The position numbers were made by a program, and so were the translations under genes. The notes beneath the pieces were generated by a model, which was not told where the DNA came from, did no database searches, and saw only the letters and a program-made list of their open reading frames with translations. 64,000 nt of DNA, taken from IMG/VR virus record IMGVR_UViG_3300034117_001294, positions 62,001 through 126,000 of that record; one strand, written 5' to 3'. Shown one piece after another: positions 43,464-54,897 of this stretch (the first letter of the stretch is position 1; each line of letters begins with the position of its first letter).

Positions 43464-44891
43464 ATGAGAAATATAATATTTTGGAGCGGTGTCTGGCCGA
43501 ATTTTACTTACGAAAAACTGCCAACTATGCAGCGTCCAATGGCCGCATATGCGTTAGCTCATTGGATGCGGAAGAATCGATTTCAATGTCAGGTTATAGA
43601 TTTCTTACAACATTTTACTGCTAAAGAAATTATTGAATTTACAGAGCCTTTAATAACTAAAGACACTGTTTGTATTGCACTCACTACAGTATTTTGGAAC
43701 GCAGATAGTTCTTATCCGCCCGGGGCTATTATGATAGCAATACAGTATTTTAAAAAGAAATTTCCAAATCTTCCAATTGTAGGAGGTGGGCCGTACTCTA
43801 ACAATTACAAGATGTTAGATCGTGCATTTGTCGGGGAAGGTGAAGACCAATTTCTAAAATGGTGTCAAGAACAGAGTATGGGAGTAGCATTGCCAAATTC
43901 TGTTTTTGATATAACTCAAAACGATCATACATTTCACGAAGATGATTGTATTATGCCCGATGAAGCAGTTCCTATAGAATTAGGTCGAGGGTGTATTTTT
44001 AAGTGCAGTTTCTGTACGTATCCAAATCTAGGTAAATCTAAAGGGTCATATATTAGGAAACCTGAATACTTATTAAATGAAATGCTACGAAACAGAGATG
44101 TATTTGGAACTACTAACTATGTTTTCTTAGACGATACCTGCAACGAAGATCAAGATAAGATAGCTGAGATTGCTAATATAAACAAACAACTTGATTATAA
44201 AATTAGATGGTCTGGCTTTGTACGTGCAGATTTGATATGGAGCCATGAAAATCACAATCTAATGTTGGAAAGCGGAGTAGACCAGGTATACTTTGGCATG
44301 GAGAGTTTTCATCCAGAAGCTGCTCGAAAGGTAGGAAAGGGATGGAATGCTAAACACGGAAAAGATTACTTACCTAAATTACACAATGATCTCTGGAAAA
44401 ATCAAGTAGGTATCGAAGCAAGTTTTATTTCAGGACTACCTGGAGAAGATATACCCCATCTTAGATCAACAGTAGATTGGATTAAAGAGAATAATTTTAT
44501 AAGAGGATATTTTCGAGGACTTGTCATATTGCCAAAATCTGAGTTTGCAAATAATCCCGAAAAGTTTTTTCTAAAAAAGAAAGCATATTGGAAAAATTCT
44601 GACGATCAATCTGGAGATGCAGAAGTCATGGGGTGGGAAGATACTAGAGACCCCAAAAATAATCACGAACTGCACGAAGCACTATCACACGAGTTTAATG
44701 ATATCTTGCAACCGACTTGGCCTATGACTGGATTTTATACTTCTTCGCTTTATTCATTAGGGTATACTAAGGAAGAAATTAAACAATACGGTTGGAAAGA
44801 TTGGGCTATGTTAGTAATGGCAAGGAAAGATCCTTTTATTTCTACATATAAAGAAAAATTAAAAACAATAATAAATCGAGGATGGAGATGA
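43464..44891 (+). CDS. B12-binding radical SAM protein
   Basis: RGCIFKCSFC, DDTCN, FGMES. Confidence 0.85.
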   Translation: MRNIIFWSGVWPNFTYEKLPTMQRPMAAYALAHWMRKNRFQCQVIDFLQHFTAKEIIEFTEPLITKDTVCIALTTVFWNADSSYPPGAIMIAIQYFKKKFPNLPIVGGGPYSNNYKMLDRAFVGEGEDQFLKWCQEQSMGVALPNSVFDITQNDHTFHEDDCIMPDEAVPIELGRGCIFKCSFCTYPNLGKSKGSYIRKPEYLLNEMLRNRDVFGTTNYVFLDDTCNEDQDKIAEIANINKQLDYKIRWSGFVRADLIWSHENHNLMLESGVDQVYFGMESFHPEAARKVGKGWNAKHGKDYLPKLHNDLWKNQVGIEASFISGLPGEDIPHLRSTVDWIKENNFIRGYFRGLVILPKSEFANNPEKFFLKKKAYWKNSDDQSGDAEVMGWEDTRDPKNNHELHEALSHEFNDILQPTWPMTGFYTSSLYSLGYTKEEIKQYGWKDWAMLVMARKDPFISTYKEKLKTIINRGWR

Positions 44892-45514
44892 ATTTAAAAG
44901 ATATTATACTAATGCCTATTGATTTGCCTAAGTTAAATTTAGATAGACAGAAAGTTTTGGAATACTTTGACGCAAGAAAGCTACCTCATCAAGACTGGGC
45001 TTGGGTAAATTTTAAACCAATGAACAAGCCAATAGACCCGGATCTGCTAAAGTTGTTTCCCGACCTTGATGAAAAATTAAGAGCATTGCCGCTGTTAGAT
45101 TATGAAAATAATGGACATTTTGATTTTAGAGAGCAGATAGTCAATAATAAGCCGCACCAAGATCCAATAGCTAAATCGTTAGCTGATGGAGAATTAGGAC
45201 CCACTGCTTATAAAAATTTAGTAATGCGTGACATGTTAGAAACATTCTATGTGCTGCCAACGTCATCTAATCCCGATATTGTACAATACGATCAAAGACC
45301 TAGAAACTTATTATCACCTGTGTTTCCTGTACTACCCAATGACACTGATTGGTTTGTATTAAACAACCATGTAGGCTATCATGGATCTTTCATAGCACCT
45401 GCAGAATATAGAAAAATTACCATGTTCATTGCAGGAAGATTAGATACTGATAAACATTTAGAACTTATGTCTAGAAGTATTGAAAAGTACAAAGATTACA
45501 TTATCTATAATTAA
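44882..45514 (+). CDS. hypothetical, possible cupin/2OG-like protein
   Basis: PHQD...YHGS...RK. Confidence 0.45.
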   Translation: MEMNLKDIILMPIDLPKLNLDRQKVLEYFDARKLPHQDWAWVNFKPMNKPIDPDLLKLFPDLDEKLRALPLLDYENNGHFDFREQIVNNKPHQDPIAKSLADGELGPTAYKNLVMRDMLETFYVLPTSSNPDIVQYDQRPRNLLSPVFPVLPNDTDWFVLNNHVGYHGSFIAPAEYRKITMFIAGRLDTDKHLELMSRSIEKYKDYIIYN

Positions 45515-46119
45515 TGCAGAATATACTTTCAACTCCGTTACACATGCCCAGGATTGAACCAATTAATTGGGATAATTGGTGGTCACTATGGTATAAAGAA
45601 TCTAAGCCTGTACAAAAAATACAAACTAATCACAATACTAATGCTGCACCATGGAGAGGTTTTGATATCTGGGTAAAGCCCGGAGTTGACGCAGAAGAAA
45701 CTACAAAATACAAATCTAAAAATTTAAACTGTCCAGAACTATTTCCATCTATCTTTGATAATCTAGACAAGTTTCCTATTGATATAGAAGTAGTAAGATT
45801 TGTTTCTAGCATGGGAGCAGTACTTCCGCACACCGATTATGATTCAGAAAGTTTAAGTGTAAGGTCGCTAGTATATGATAATAATGTGCGTCCTAATTTT
45901 TATTACCTAAAAGATACTAAAAGAGAATATCAACTATTACCTTCGGATACAAACACTTGGGCTTATTGGGACCACAAAAGAAAACACGGAACTGATTGGT
46001 ATTTTGGACACAGTAAAATTTTAATCACATATTTTGGAAAACCAAAAGAAGATGCATATCAAAGCATCATAACCGAGAATGCAAAACGGTATCAAGAATA
46101 CGTTATTTTTGCAGATTAA
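45514..46119 (+). CDS. hypothetical, possible cupin/2OG-like protein
   Basis: PHTD...KHGT...K. Confidence 0.45.
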   Translation: MQNILSTPLHMPRIEPINWDNWWSLWYKESKPVQKIQTNHNTNAAPWRGFDIWVKPGVDAEETTKYKSKNLNCPELFPSIFDNLDKFPIDIEVVRFVSSMGAVLPHTDYDSESLSVRSLVYDNNVRPNFYYLKDTKREYQLLPSDTNTWAYWDHKRKHGTDWYFGHSKILITYFGKPKEDAYQSIITENAKRYQEYVIFAD

Positions 46120-47557
46120 ATTTATTTTTAAAAAATTCTAATTTTTTATATTTGTAAACGTCTACAAATTTAGCGGCTTTGTTTATAAGATCAGGAACAT
46201 CTAAATTATTTTTATTCTCTTTTAGTAATTGATCTATATCGTATCCGTGTACAGTAATTGAAAATGCTGACCACGGATTTATCTTTTTGTTATTGTATCT
46301 TTTTGCGTTGAGCTCTGCTGATAGTTTTTCAGAAGTATATGTATTAAAATGTTTATTTTCCCAAATAATACGTATATCATCTTCTTCAATTTTTTTGTAT
46401 CCGTACAATCTCCAGTTATCTGCAAAATATGAAGTTAGTACCATTCCGCTTTTTGCAGGGATATTCAATGGATATGTTGACCATGCATCTAATACCATTG
46501 AAGTATCACACCAATTAAATGTATCTTCTAAACATTGTGCATCCTCGTATGGTAGCCCAACAATAAAACTAGAATGTAAGAACAAGTTAGGATGTTTTTG
46601 TTTAACACTAGTTAAATATTCTTTCATTTTAGATCCGCTAAATGCTTTTCCTATTAGTTTACTAGCTTCGGGATGGAATGTTTCTATTCCAAAATGCATG
46701 GCTTTAAATCCTGCTTCTACTAGTTTATCAACAGTAGTGCCTCTGGCATGCATTAAATCAGCTCTAATGAACCCCATGATAGACAATTTAAAAGGAAGTT
46801 GTTTGGATATTCTTAATAAGCTATCGACTTTTAATTCATTATCGTTAAATGTATCATCTGAGATAATGTAGTGTGTTGTTCCCCATTGATTGTAATTTCT
46901 GATAAGTTCTTTTAATATATCTTCATCTTCTCTAAGATAATCGTTTTTATTTTTGCCTATTAACGGAAAATCACAAAACTTACATTTAAAAATACATCCT
47001 CTAGAGTATTCTAATACTAATGTCTCATTAGGGGAAATAAAATCGCTAGCTTGATATATAGTCTCTAATTTTTGATTGTTTACCAATGGATATGTATGCG
47101 TGACTTTTACAGTAGGCTTTCCATTAAACGATTCAATTTGCATAGAATGTACTTGATCTTCTACAAATCTAACGATATCGTCTATTGCTTCTTCAACAAA
47201 TCCTTCTGTATATAAGTCGGCCCCGGGTGCGTCCTTTGCATAGACATTAGTTCCGCCGACTATAATTTTTGCCCACGGTAAATTTTTTCTTATAAATTTA
47301 ACTACTGAATCTATTTTGCCTTTAGGATAATAAGTGATGCTGGCACTAAACCCTATAAATTTTAAATCGTTATCATACAGGCTTAGTATTTGAAATATTT
47401 CATCTAGACTAAAACTTAAAAAGAAATCAACTACTTCTGTGTCAATACCTTTTTTTCTCAGTAACGTAGCAACTCTATGAGCCCCAGTTGTCCTAGCAAT
47501 TCCTACTCTGTGTATACCTGCGGGGATAAAATTATCCCCAAATATAATTGCCTTCAT
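46103..47557 (-). CDS. B12-binding radical SAM protein
   Basis: SRGCIFKCKFC, DDTFND, FGIET. Confidence 0.85.
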   Translation of the reverse strand: MKAIIFGDNFIPAGIHRVGIARTTGAHRVATLLRKKGIDTEVVDFFLSFSLDEIFQILSLYDNDLKFIGFSASITYYPKGKIDSVVKFIRKNLPWAKIIVGGTNVYAKDAPGADLYTEGFVEEAIDDIVRFVEDQVHSMQIESFNGKPTVKVTHTYPLVNNQKLETIYQASDFISPNETLVLEYSRGCIFKCKFCDFPLIGKNKNDYLREDEDILKELIRNYNQWGTTHYIISDDTFNDNELKVDSLLRISKQLPFKLSIMGFIRADLMHARGTTVDKLVEAGFKAMHFGIETFHPEASKLIGKAFSGSKMKEYLTSVKQKHPNLFLHSSFIVGLPYEDAQCLEDTFNWCDTSMVLDAWSTYPLNIPAKSGMVLTSYFADNWRLYGYKKIEEDDIRIIWENKHFNTYTSEKLSAELNAKRYNNKKINPWSAFSITVHGYDIDQLLKENKNNLDVPDLINKAAKFVDVYKYKKLEFFKNKFNLQK

Positions 47558-48312
47558 TTAGAAATAGCTTTAATCACAATACCTGCAGGATCAATCTCCC
47601 ACCACTTTTCGTGAGTAGTAGCTGATTTAGGATTACCGTGATGATTATTATGCCACGCATCTCCCATAATTAAAGGCCATAGTAATGCGTTATTAGTGCT
47701 AGTGTCAGTTGTTTTGTAGTTCCTATATCCGTAACTATGACCAACATAATTAAAGATATTCTGACTCATCTGTACTAGAAAGACGGGAACTATCCATGTA
47801 AAGTAAACGAGATTGATATCTATCATTGCTAGAATGGATAACCATACAATAATTATTGCATAGTAGTATTCGTTGATGAACACTTGCTCTTTATTCATTA
47901 AATCTTTTATCATGAACACGTTAACTTTACCGCTGTTAGATTCAATATGTTTAAAGCCGAATGGTTTAAATCCTATTGTTTTAGGTCCATGGGGATCTTT
48001 ATCAGTGTCCGAATATGCATGATGCAATCGATGAACATATACCCAACCTAGTACACTTGCTCTACCAGCCAGTATTGCAAACAATGTAAAGAGCCATTTA
48101 ATTGCAGGATGAATAAATTCAAATGATTTGTGAGTATAGTATCTGTGCAGTGTAATACCAATACCAAAAACTCCGTATACATAAAACGATGCTAATATTA
48201 AGAACATATTAGTCATTGTAAAATCAAAATAAAACAGTCCAATAATTGATAAAATTCCTGTAGTAATTTGTACCTTGGTAATAGTATCTGCAGATGCGGA
48301 GAAGATTTTCAT
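47554..48312 (-). CDS. membrane fatty-acid (delta9-like) desaturase
   Basis: HRYYTH, HRLHH, WHNNHH. Confidence 0.9.
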   Translation of the reverse strand: MKIFSASADTITKVQITTGILSIIGLFYFDFTMTNMFLILASFYVYGVFGIGITLHRYYTHKSFEFIHPAIKWLFTLFAILAGRASVLGWVYVHRLHHAYSDTDKDPHGPKTIGFKPFGFKHIESNSGKVNVFMIKDLMNKEQVFINEYYYAIIIVWLSILAMIDINLVYFTWIVPVFLVQMSQNIFNYVGHSYGYRNYKTTDTSTNNALLWPLIMGDAWHNNHHGNPKSATTHEKWWEIDPAGIVIKAISK

Positions 48313-48345
48313 ACTGGTATTTATTTGAAGGATAAGTACGTTGAT

Positions 48346-48918
48346 ATGATAAAGATATTAGGCCCCGAACACTTTGATGCCTGTTTAAAAATCAAACAGT
48401 TACGACCAAAAATTGGCGGAACAGTGGCAATTAGTGACCAATCATTTATAGAAGGATATCAGAAGTTCTTCGAATCAAATGATACAAATTTTGCAATTGG
48501 CTATTTTGAAAATAATGATTTAGTGAGTTGGATATCGATGGGAATATATGACAGTAGCTTACGAGGAAAATTTTGGGTAGTCCCTTGTTTTTTTTCTAGC
48601 CGGCAACAATCGTATTTTAGTTTTAACCATCCAGATTTGAGTATGATGATTAAAGAAGCATTTGCAATTGCAGAGTCTAAAAATTGTTATACATACTACT
48701 ATGCAATATCTGAAAAGATATCAAGAGTATACGACAAACAGTGGCAAAAGAATTCTTTTATGCAGGTAGGAAGGTATCACTTATCAACATTAGATGTTGT
48801 CCCCCCAAATACTAAACCCGATCAATCACTGTATTGGAAGTTAATGGGGGAAGAATTAAAACCCGATGCAACACTAATTAAACAGCGAGTTCTTAAATTA
48901 GAATTTAGATCACGTTAA
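48346..48918 (+). CDS. hypothetical GNAT-like protein
   Basis: resembles 55123-55740; start at ATG 48346. Confidence 0.45.
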   Translation: MIKILGPEHFDACLKIKQLRPKIGGTVAISDQSFIEGYQKFFESNDTNFAIGYFENNDLVSWISMGIYDSSLRGKFWVVPCFFSSRQQSYFSFNHPDLSMMIKEAFAIAESKNCYTYYYAISEKISRVYDKQWQKNSFMQVGRYHLSTLDVVPPNTKPDQSLYWKLMGEELKPDATLIKQRVLKLEFRSR

Positions 48919-49842
48919 AATATTAAACATTTCTTCGTGAGTTCCAATAAACGACAACTCACTGGTCCCGTACTGTTTCTTCAGCTTGTGTTGATATTCT
49001 TTTAACAAATGCCACACTGCATCGGGAGCACCGATCTTAGGACGAGGATCTTTTTTCATTATCTTAAATTTGTTTTCTTCGCTGTTTAACGACATATCTC
49101 TTTCTTTAATGTAAGCAAGAACAATCTCAGGATTCCAGCTTAAAAAGTTATAGGTATGATAACCAGGATTATACATATCTACATAGAAGTCGTCTTCGTG
49201 TAATAACCAACCTGATTTTTTTGTACCGTCTTCATTAAAAAATCCAGAGTCATTAACAATATCTATCAAATACTCTAATGTGTAGTCGGGATAATATTCA
49301 GGAAATGCTTGACCGTTTATCACAACACCGTCGTGTTGCACTGCAAACTCTGACAATATAATATTTTGTGCAGGGTATAATTTTCTTCCTTTAATTTTAT
49401 CAATTAATGGCTTAATATCTGCAAACATTTCCAACGTAGTTGTATTTTTTACAATCGGAGTGATATTATGTTTTTTGCACCAACGATACGCCCACCAAGA
49501 ATCTGCATAAGTTAGTTGAAGTCCCAATGACCAAACTTCGTGTATTATAGGAGTGAACGGAATCTTTAACTGCAAAAAGGTATCTGCAACTGTTTCGCTA
49601 TCACACCCACCACTCATTGGAACAAATATAGTTTGGTGTCTATTAAGTTCATAAAGCTCTTCTGCTACTAATTTACAAGCAGTATTAAATGTAGGAGCAG
49701 ATGTTGCTTTCTTTGTAAATGTTACTTCAAAATTATCTTTGGGATTTACTCTAGTTCGATTTCCGTTAAAATGATATTTGATCCAATTATCCTGGCCTAT
49801 GCCATTAACATCTAAGTTAAATTTATTCCATTTGCTTGTCAT
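48910..49842 (-). CDS. PP-loop protein
   Basis: PMSGGCDS. Confidence 0.5.
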   Translation of the reverse strand: MTSKWNKFNLDVNGIGQDNWIKYHFNGNRTRVNPKDNFEVTFTKKATSAPTFNTACKLVAEELYELNRHQTIFVPMSGGCDSETVADTFLQLKIPFTPIIHEVWSLGLQLTYADSWWAYRWCKKHNITPIVKNTTTLEMFADIKPLIDKIKGRKLYPAQNIILSEFAVQHDGVVINGQAFPEYYPDYTLEYLIDIVNDSGFFNEDGTKKSGWLLHEDDFYVDMYNPGYHTYNFLSWNPEIVLAYIKERDMSLNSEENKFKIMKKDPRPKIGAPDAVWHLLKEYQHKLKKQYGTSELSFIGTHEEMFNILT

Positions 49843-50704
49843 GTAGCCAGTCTCTAAAATGTTGTTTAGATTTCTCTAAGTTGTCTTGATTAAATTCGGT
49901 TAATAATTCAGCTTGCTGTTTATCTTGCTTCCATGCAAGTTCCCAAACTTCTTCATTAATTTTCCAATTCGTGTCATTATATCTATTGTCTCTGTATTTA
50001 AAAACATGCACCTTTGCCTGAGACGAAGTTTGATTTGTAGCAACTGTGATAAACAACGCACCCGGTTGCCACTCAATCATTGTTCCTGGATATATAGAAA
50101 GCCATGCTGCCCTATAAGGATTATTTTTATCTTCGTCTAGTAATGTACCCGCAAATTCAGGACACTGACTATCATTCTTTACTAATTGAAGATTACCAAA
50201 CGAATAATATTTCCAAATGACATCGGTGGATAATTTAAATCCTATTCGATCATAAACACCTGAATGTACTATTGGAATATGGTCGACATCTAAAAATAGA
50301 TCCATGACGTTTTTAAAATTACTGTTAACAGTATCTACCCGTTGCTCTACTAGACTAAAATTTTTAAAGTCAATAAAATTCAAATCTTCGCATTCAACTT
50401 GATTAGAAAATATTAATTCCTTCCAGACAAATGCATCTGTATTTGTTAATGCAGTGTGATTTGGACAGAGTCTATTAGCACGCTCTGTTACTATCACCGT
50501 GCCGGCAAAGTCGAAACTTAGACCGTGATACGGACATACTCTAATGCCTTGCTGTTCTGTTGTAGAGATTAAACTCTTTTGATGCGGACAAATATTGCTT
50601 TGCATATAAGGAGAGTCTGTATTGACCAACACTAATTTATTGTCGCACTGAGATAGTGGACGCAACCCGTCCTTATGTATATCTGACCTATGTGCTAGAA
50701 ACAT
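49823..50704 (-). CDS. Rieske non-heme iron oxygenase
   Basis: CPH...CPYH, D.DH..IVH, QD. Confidence 0.8.
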   Translation of the reverse strand: MFLAHRSDIHKDGLRPLSQCDNKLVLVNTDSPYMQSNICPHQKSLISTTEQQGIRVCPYHGLSFDFAGTVIVTERANRLCPNHTALTNTDAFVWKELIFSNQVECEDLNFIDFKNFSLVEQRVDTVNSNFKNVMDLFLDVDHIPIVHSGVYDRIGFKLSTDVIWKYYSFGNLQLVKNDSQCPEFAGTLLDEDKNNPYRAAWLSIYPGTMIEWQPGALFITVATNQTSSQAKVHVFKYRDNRYNDTNWKINEEVWELAWKQDKQQAELLTEFNQDNLEKSKQHFRDWLHDKQME

Positions 50705-50705
50705 C

Positions 50706-52142
50706 TTATAACCTCTTTATTTTTTCTTTATATTTTGAAATAAGTTTCTTCCTAGAAGAATACAATTTTTTATAGCTTATATCTTTAATTGTAAGATCTT
50801 TAATTTCGTCTAGTTCAAAGTGATTTAAAATTGCAAAGAGATAAGAACCTGAAGGTTTATTCTTTCCATACGCATATTCTGTATTAATTATTGATGCAAT
50901 TCTTTCAGCAGTATGTTGTGTCATAACATCATTGCACCATACATCATCTTTGACAGTATATCCATACTTATTATAATTTTTTTCAAAATCACTTTGATAA
51001 TATGTTCCCCCGGAATCTTTCAATCTCAATGGCTCGAAATGAAAACTAAAAGGAGTTTCTTTTAACCAACTAACGCTGTTAAAAATATCTTCTTCAGTCT
51101 CATGCGGGAGACCGACTATCATACCTAAGAATATTGAAACATCCTTATTCCAATGTACATTATATAAATCAATTAAGAACTGTTTAACAATTTCAGGCTT
51201 TAGACTTTTTCCAATTATTTTTAATGTATCTTGCCTAAATGATTCAATACCAAAAAATACTGTTGACAATCCCATCTCTTTAAGCATGTTGATAGTTTCT
51301 GGATTCTTATAAAGAAGATCTAATCTCATCCAACAGCTGAATTCAATTTTAAACGGCAATGATGTGATAACTTTATGCAGCTCTTCAATTTTAAATACGC
51401 TGTCGTTAAGGGTGTCGTCATTAAAGAAATATCTAGTAGTTCCGAAATGTTTATAGTTATATTCTAGTTCTTCTTTAATTTGTTCAATATCTCTCAAGTA
51501 ATCTAGTTTACGTTTTCCGTTAAGAGGAAATGCACAAAATTTACATTTAAAAATACAACCCCTACTAATCTCAATTGGCAGTACTTCTTTTTCTAAAATG
51601 CAGTCTTCTAGTAAAAACTTATGATTAAGGGACTGGATATCAAAAGAAGAATTCTGTTTGTCATATATCTTTTTACCAGACACTGTTTTAATAAACTTAT
51701 CTGTCTTACCTTTTTTAAGATTTTCACAGTATTTTAAAAATTGATCTTCTGAATAACCTTGAAATATATCATCTACCCATACGTAATCTACTCCGTGCAA
51801 TGCTTTTGCTCCGCCGAGACATATACGTAATTTAGGAAATTCTTTTTTTAATCTAATACACACATTAGATACATTCTCAGGAATTGAAAGAGGCAAGACT
51901 GATTTGTTGTCAACCATCATTTTAAACTCGTTAAAAAACGAAGTTGATATTCCTAAACACAATGTATCTGTGGAAACAAATTGTTTAGCAGTATCATATA
52001 ATTCCTGCTCTGAAAAGTCTTGTATAAAATCAATAACTTGACAACTAAAACCGTGCTGCCTGCAATTATGTGCAAGTTGATATGCCCCTAACGATCGTTG
52101 AAAGACTAAACCAGATACTGTGGTTAATAAAAGGATGTCCAT
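50706..52142 (-). CDS. B12-binding radical SAM protein
   Basis: SRGCIFKCKFC, DDTLND, FGIES. Confidence 0.85.
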   Translation of the reverse strand: MDILLLTTVSGLVFQRSLGAYQLAHNCRQHGFSCQVIDFIQDFSEQELYDTAKQFVSTDTLCLGISTSFFNEFKMMVDNKSVLPLSIPENVSNVCIRLKKEFPKLRICLGGAKALHGVDYVWVDDIFQGYSEDQFLKYCENLKKGKTDKFIKTVSGKKIYDKQNSSFDIQSLNHKFLLEDCILEKEVLPIEISRGCIFKCKFCAFPLNGKRKLDYLRDIEQIKEELEYNYKHFGTTRYFFNDDTLNDSVFKIEELHKVITSLPFKIEFSCWMRLDLLYKNPETINMLKEMGLSTVFFGIESFRQDTLKIIGKSLKPEIVKQFLIDLYNVHWNKDVSIFLGMIVGLPHETEEDIFNSVSWLKETPFSFHFEPLRLKDSGGTYYQSDFEKNYNKYGYTVKDDVWCNDVMTQHTAERIASIINTEYAYGKNKPSGSYLFAILNHFELDEIKDLTIKDISYKKLYSSRKKLISKYKEKIKRL

Positions 52143-52143
52143 T

Positions 52144-53022
52144 TTAATATTGAAATTCGTTTAATTTTACATGCTCAAAGAATGGGGCTATTTTAAAGTC
52201 TTGTGTAATGCGTCCACGTCGAACACTACCGGGGTCGGGAATATCACTATCTTCAGGAGACCAGTCTGTAATTTTAACCCAAATTTTATTATCAGTATTA
52301 GGAATAGGAAACAATACATTGTGTTCTTCGTCGTAACCGTCGACATTATGATGCTTGTTAATCTCCTCAACAGGCATACCGCTTGCAGCAGATACAATAT
52401 CAATTAGATCATTAAAAGAATAGTTCTCATCTTTCTCAAGGGTATATCGTCCTATTTGTCCAATATTCCTAAATCTAATGACAACTTTTTTATTAAATGT
52501 TTTACATAAGTCGATTAATCTCGGGATAGATGATTCATTAACTCCTTTCATTATTAGACAGTTAATGTTAACGAACATATTCATGTTGACACAGTTTTCT
52601 AATGCTTTAACTTTTCGTTTAGCACACAACATATTATCTGTTTTAAGATACAAATGGTCAAGGTCTGCACCATTCATACTAATAGAAAGTGTACGTAACC
52701 CGCTATCAAATAGTCGACGAACGTAGTCTGCATTAGCTAGTTTTAAACCGTTAGTGTTTAGCATCGGCCGATGCCCTACTCGTCTAATCATTTTGATTAT
52801 TTCGGGTAAGTCTTTTCTAACTGTTGGCTCTGCACCGATTAGTCTAACTTCAGTCCTATTAGGAAACTTACTAATACATTCTTCCAGCTTTGCAATATCC
52901 ATATCAGGGATATCTCGATTAGGAATATAGCAATTAGCACATTCCATATTGCATCGATGTGTTACGTCTGCAATAACAGAATAGAACAAACTATCCTCCG
53001 GGTTATATTCAAAATATTCCAT
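52144..53022 (-). CDS. radical SAM protein (MoaA-like fold)
   Basis: CNMECANC, GAEPT, TNG. Confidence 0.8.
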   Translation of the reverse strand: MEYFEYNPEDSLFYSVIADVTHRCNMECANCYIPNRDIPDMDIAKLEECISKFPNRTEVRLIGAEPTVRKDLPEIIKMIRRVGHRPMLNTNGLKLANADYVRRLFDSGLRTLSISMNGADLDHLYLKTDNMLCAKRKVKALENCVNMNMFVNINCLIMKGVNESSIPRLIDLCKTFNKKVVIRFRNIGQIGRYTLEKDENYSFNDLIDIVSAASGMPVEEINKHHNVDGYDEEHNVLFPIPNTDNKIWVKITDWSPEDSDIPDPGSVRRGRITQDFKIAPFFEHVKLNEFQY

Positions 53023-53023
53023 C

Positions 53024-53782
53024 TTAAATTTTACAGTTATCCATTAAGGTCATTAAGTCATTGCTAGAACTAAAATGGTCATATACTGACAAATTAACAC
53101 TAAGAGTTATTCTATCAGTAGTACCGTTATTAGATACTGCATGATCTCGGCCTACATCGAACCAATAAAAATTGCCATCAGCGGGAATCTGAAATCTTTC
53201 ACCTTCTACTTCAAACCATGTATCGTCATTAGTATACAATGCCGCATGAACTCTAATTTGCCTGTAATAAGGAAAATCAACATGAGGAGAAATAACTCCT
53301 CTTGGCTTTAAATTTAAAATTCTGCACTTAGTTTTAATACTATGAAATTTATTAACGACTTCGGCAAAATATCCCGAGTATGCTTGAGTCGGTTCAGAAA
53401 AGATCTTTTCATTTAGCTCAGTAGTTTGATCGTTTCCGAACTTAGCAAACGTATCATTAATGTCTAATTCAACTTCTTTTCCATCTTGATATCCGAATAA
53501 TTTTAATCCATCATACTCAGGATCTTCACTTTCTTTTCTAGAAGTTAAACTAATACCTTGATAAGTAGTTCGTATTTTTCCTTTTTTAGAAACTACGAAA
53601 GGTTTAAAGTCGTAATCACCTCTAACCCTAGTTAAGTCTGCACGTAACTTTTCTAAATCAAAAGAATAATATTCTGGCAGCTGTCTCCACTTAACTGATT
53701 GAGGTTTCCACTCAGTGAACGGCGTGTACCAATCTTTATAGTAATCTGCCCCCTCAGTGGTGCTAACATCAAACTTAATCAT
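53024..53782 (-). CDS. aspartyl/asparaginyl beta-hydroxylase-like 2OG oxygenase
   Basis: ISPHVD, RVH, HAVSNNG...R. Confidence 0.7.
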   Translation of the reverse strand: MIKFDVSTTEGADYYKDWYTPFTEWKPQSVKWRQLPEYYSFDLEKLRADLTRVRGDYDFKPFVVSKKGKIRTTYQGISLTSRKESEDPEYDGLKLFGYQDGKEVELDINDTFAKFGNDQTTELNEKIFSEPTQAYSGYFAEVVNKFHSIKTKCRILNLKPRGVISPHVDFPYYRQIRVHAALYTNDDTWFEVEGERFQIPADGNFYWFDVGRDHAVSNNGTTDRITLSVNLSVYDHFSSSNDLMTLMDNCKI

Positions 53783-54515
53783 TTTTCTTCCTTATTAACT
53801 TTATAAATTGCCAAGTTAAATCAAACTCTAAAGGTTTAGTTGAGAAACTCGGCGAGGACGGATTCTTATGATGGTTGTTATGAAACCCTTCACCTCCTAT
53901 TAACCACCCAGCTAACAACATATTAGTACTTAAATCGTCTGTTGCAAAATTTCTATAACCGACCTTGTGATTAACTGCATTTGTAATTGCAGTACTATGA
54001 AACATTAATACTGCCGGAATGCTATAGATCAATATTCCGATCATTGGATTTATTATATATAAGAGTACAATAAATCCTAACAGTAGTTCCATATATCGTT
54101 TGTGAATAAACACTGCTGTTTTGTTTTGCATTAAATCTTTTACAAGGTTACTGGGAATAACAAATGGTTTCCAAATATGGAAATAACTTTGTAAAAAACC
54201 TATTGATACAGGGCTATGAGGATCTTTTTTAGTATCAGAATACGCATGGTGTAACCTATGGGTACCGATCCACCCTATTGGAGTACCAACTGTTGCCGGA
54301 ACACTAGCAAATAACATTATCTTTTCCCATGCTTGGGAAGTTTGAAAACTTTTGTGAGTAAAGTATCTATGAAGACCGCCCGATACTCCTACTACTAATA
54401 AAAATTGATATACTATAAAGGAAACACATAATAACCAGTATTGCTGATAGTATAATAGAAATACTACCAAAGCAACGTGATTTAAAAAATGTATTCCTTT
54501 AAGCACATAGTTCAT
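53775..54515 (-). CDS. membrane fatty-acid desaturase
   Basis: HRYFTH, HRLHH, FHNNHH. Confidence 0.9.
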   Translation of the reverse strand: MNYVLKGIHFLNHVALVVFLLYYQQYWLLCVSFIVYQFLLVVGVSGGLHRYFTHKSFQTSQAWEKIMLFASVPATVGTPIGWIGTHRLHHAYSDTKKDPHSPVSIGFLQSYFHIWKPFVIPSNLVKDLMQNKTAVFIHKRYMELLLGFIVLLYIINPMIGILIYSIPAVLMFHSTAITNAVNHKVGYRNFATDDLSTNMLLAGWLIGGEGFHNNHHKNPSSPSFSTKPLEFDLTWQFIKLIRKKND

Positions 54516-54516
54516 G

Positions 54517-54897
54517 TTAAGCTAATGTAAGTGATGCCTTGTCCGACTCGAATTCGATGTGAAAATCTGTTCCAAATTCTGTTAACAATGTTGCCCTATA
54601 TTCGTCATATGCAGCCTCATCTGTAAAAATTCCAATCCAGGTTAAACTTCTCTCATCAGTAAATTCTGCAAGATGGTTTAACAGTTTATTATCATTGATA
54701 AACTGTTGACGGACTTGTCTTAATTTTGGTAAAAAATTCTCTACTGCTACAACGGGTGCAGAAAAAACGCCCGTCTGAATCATGTAATTGTAGAATAAGA
54801 TTACATAATTTTCACCGCTATCCGGGTTAAAATCGGGATCGGAGATGTGAAAAAATTTAGTAACTATGTGGTGCATATCTGGCTTCCTATAATTCAA
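54517..54897 (-). CDS. hypothetical protein
   Basis: ORF in operon. Confidence 0.55.
   Translation of the reverse strand: MNYRKPDMHHIVTKFFHISDPDFNPDSGENYVILFYNYMIQTGVFSAPVVAVENFLPKLRQVRQQFINDNKLLNHLAEFTDERSLTWIGIFTDEAAYDEYRATLLTEFGTDFHIEFESDKASLTLA

Noticed and set aside
46287-46871. 194-aa plus-strand ORF
   Set aside because: Lies wholly antisense to a radical SAM gene and has no motifs
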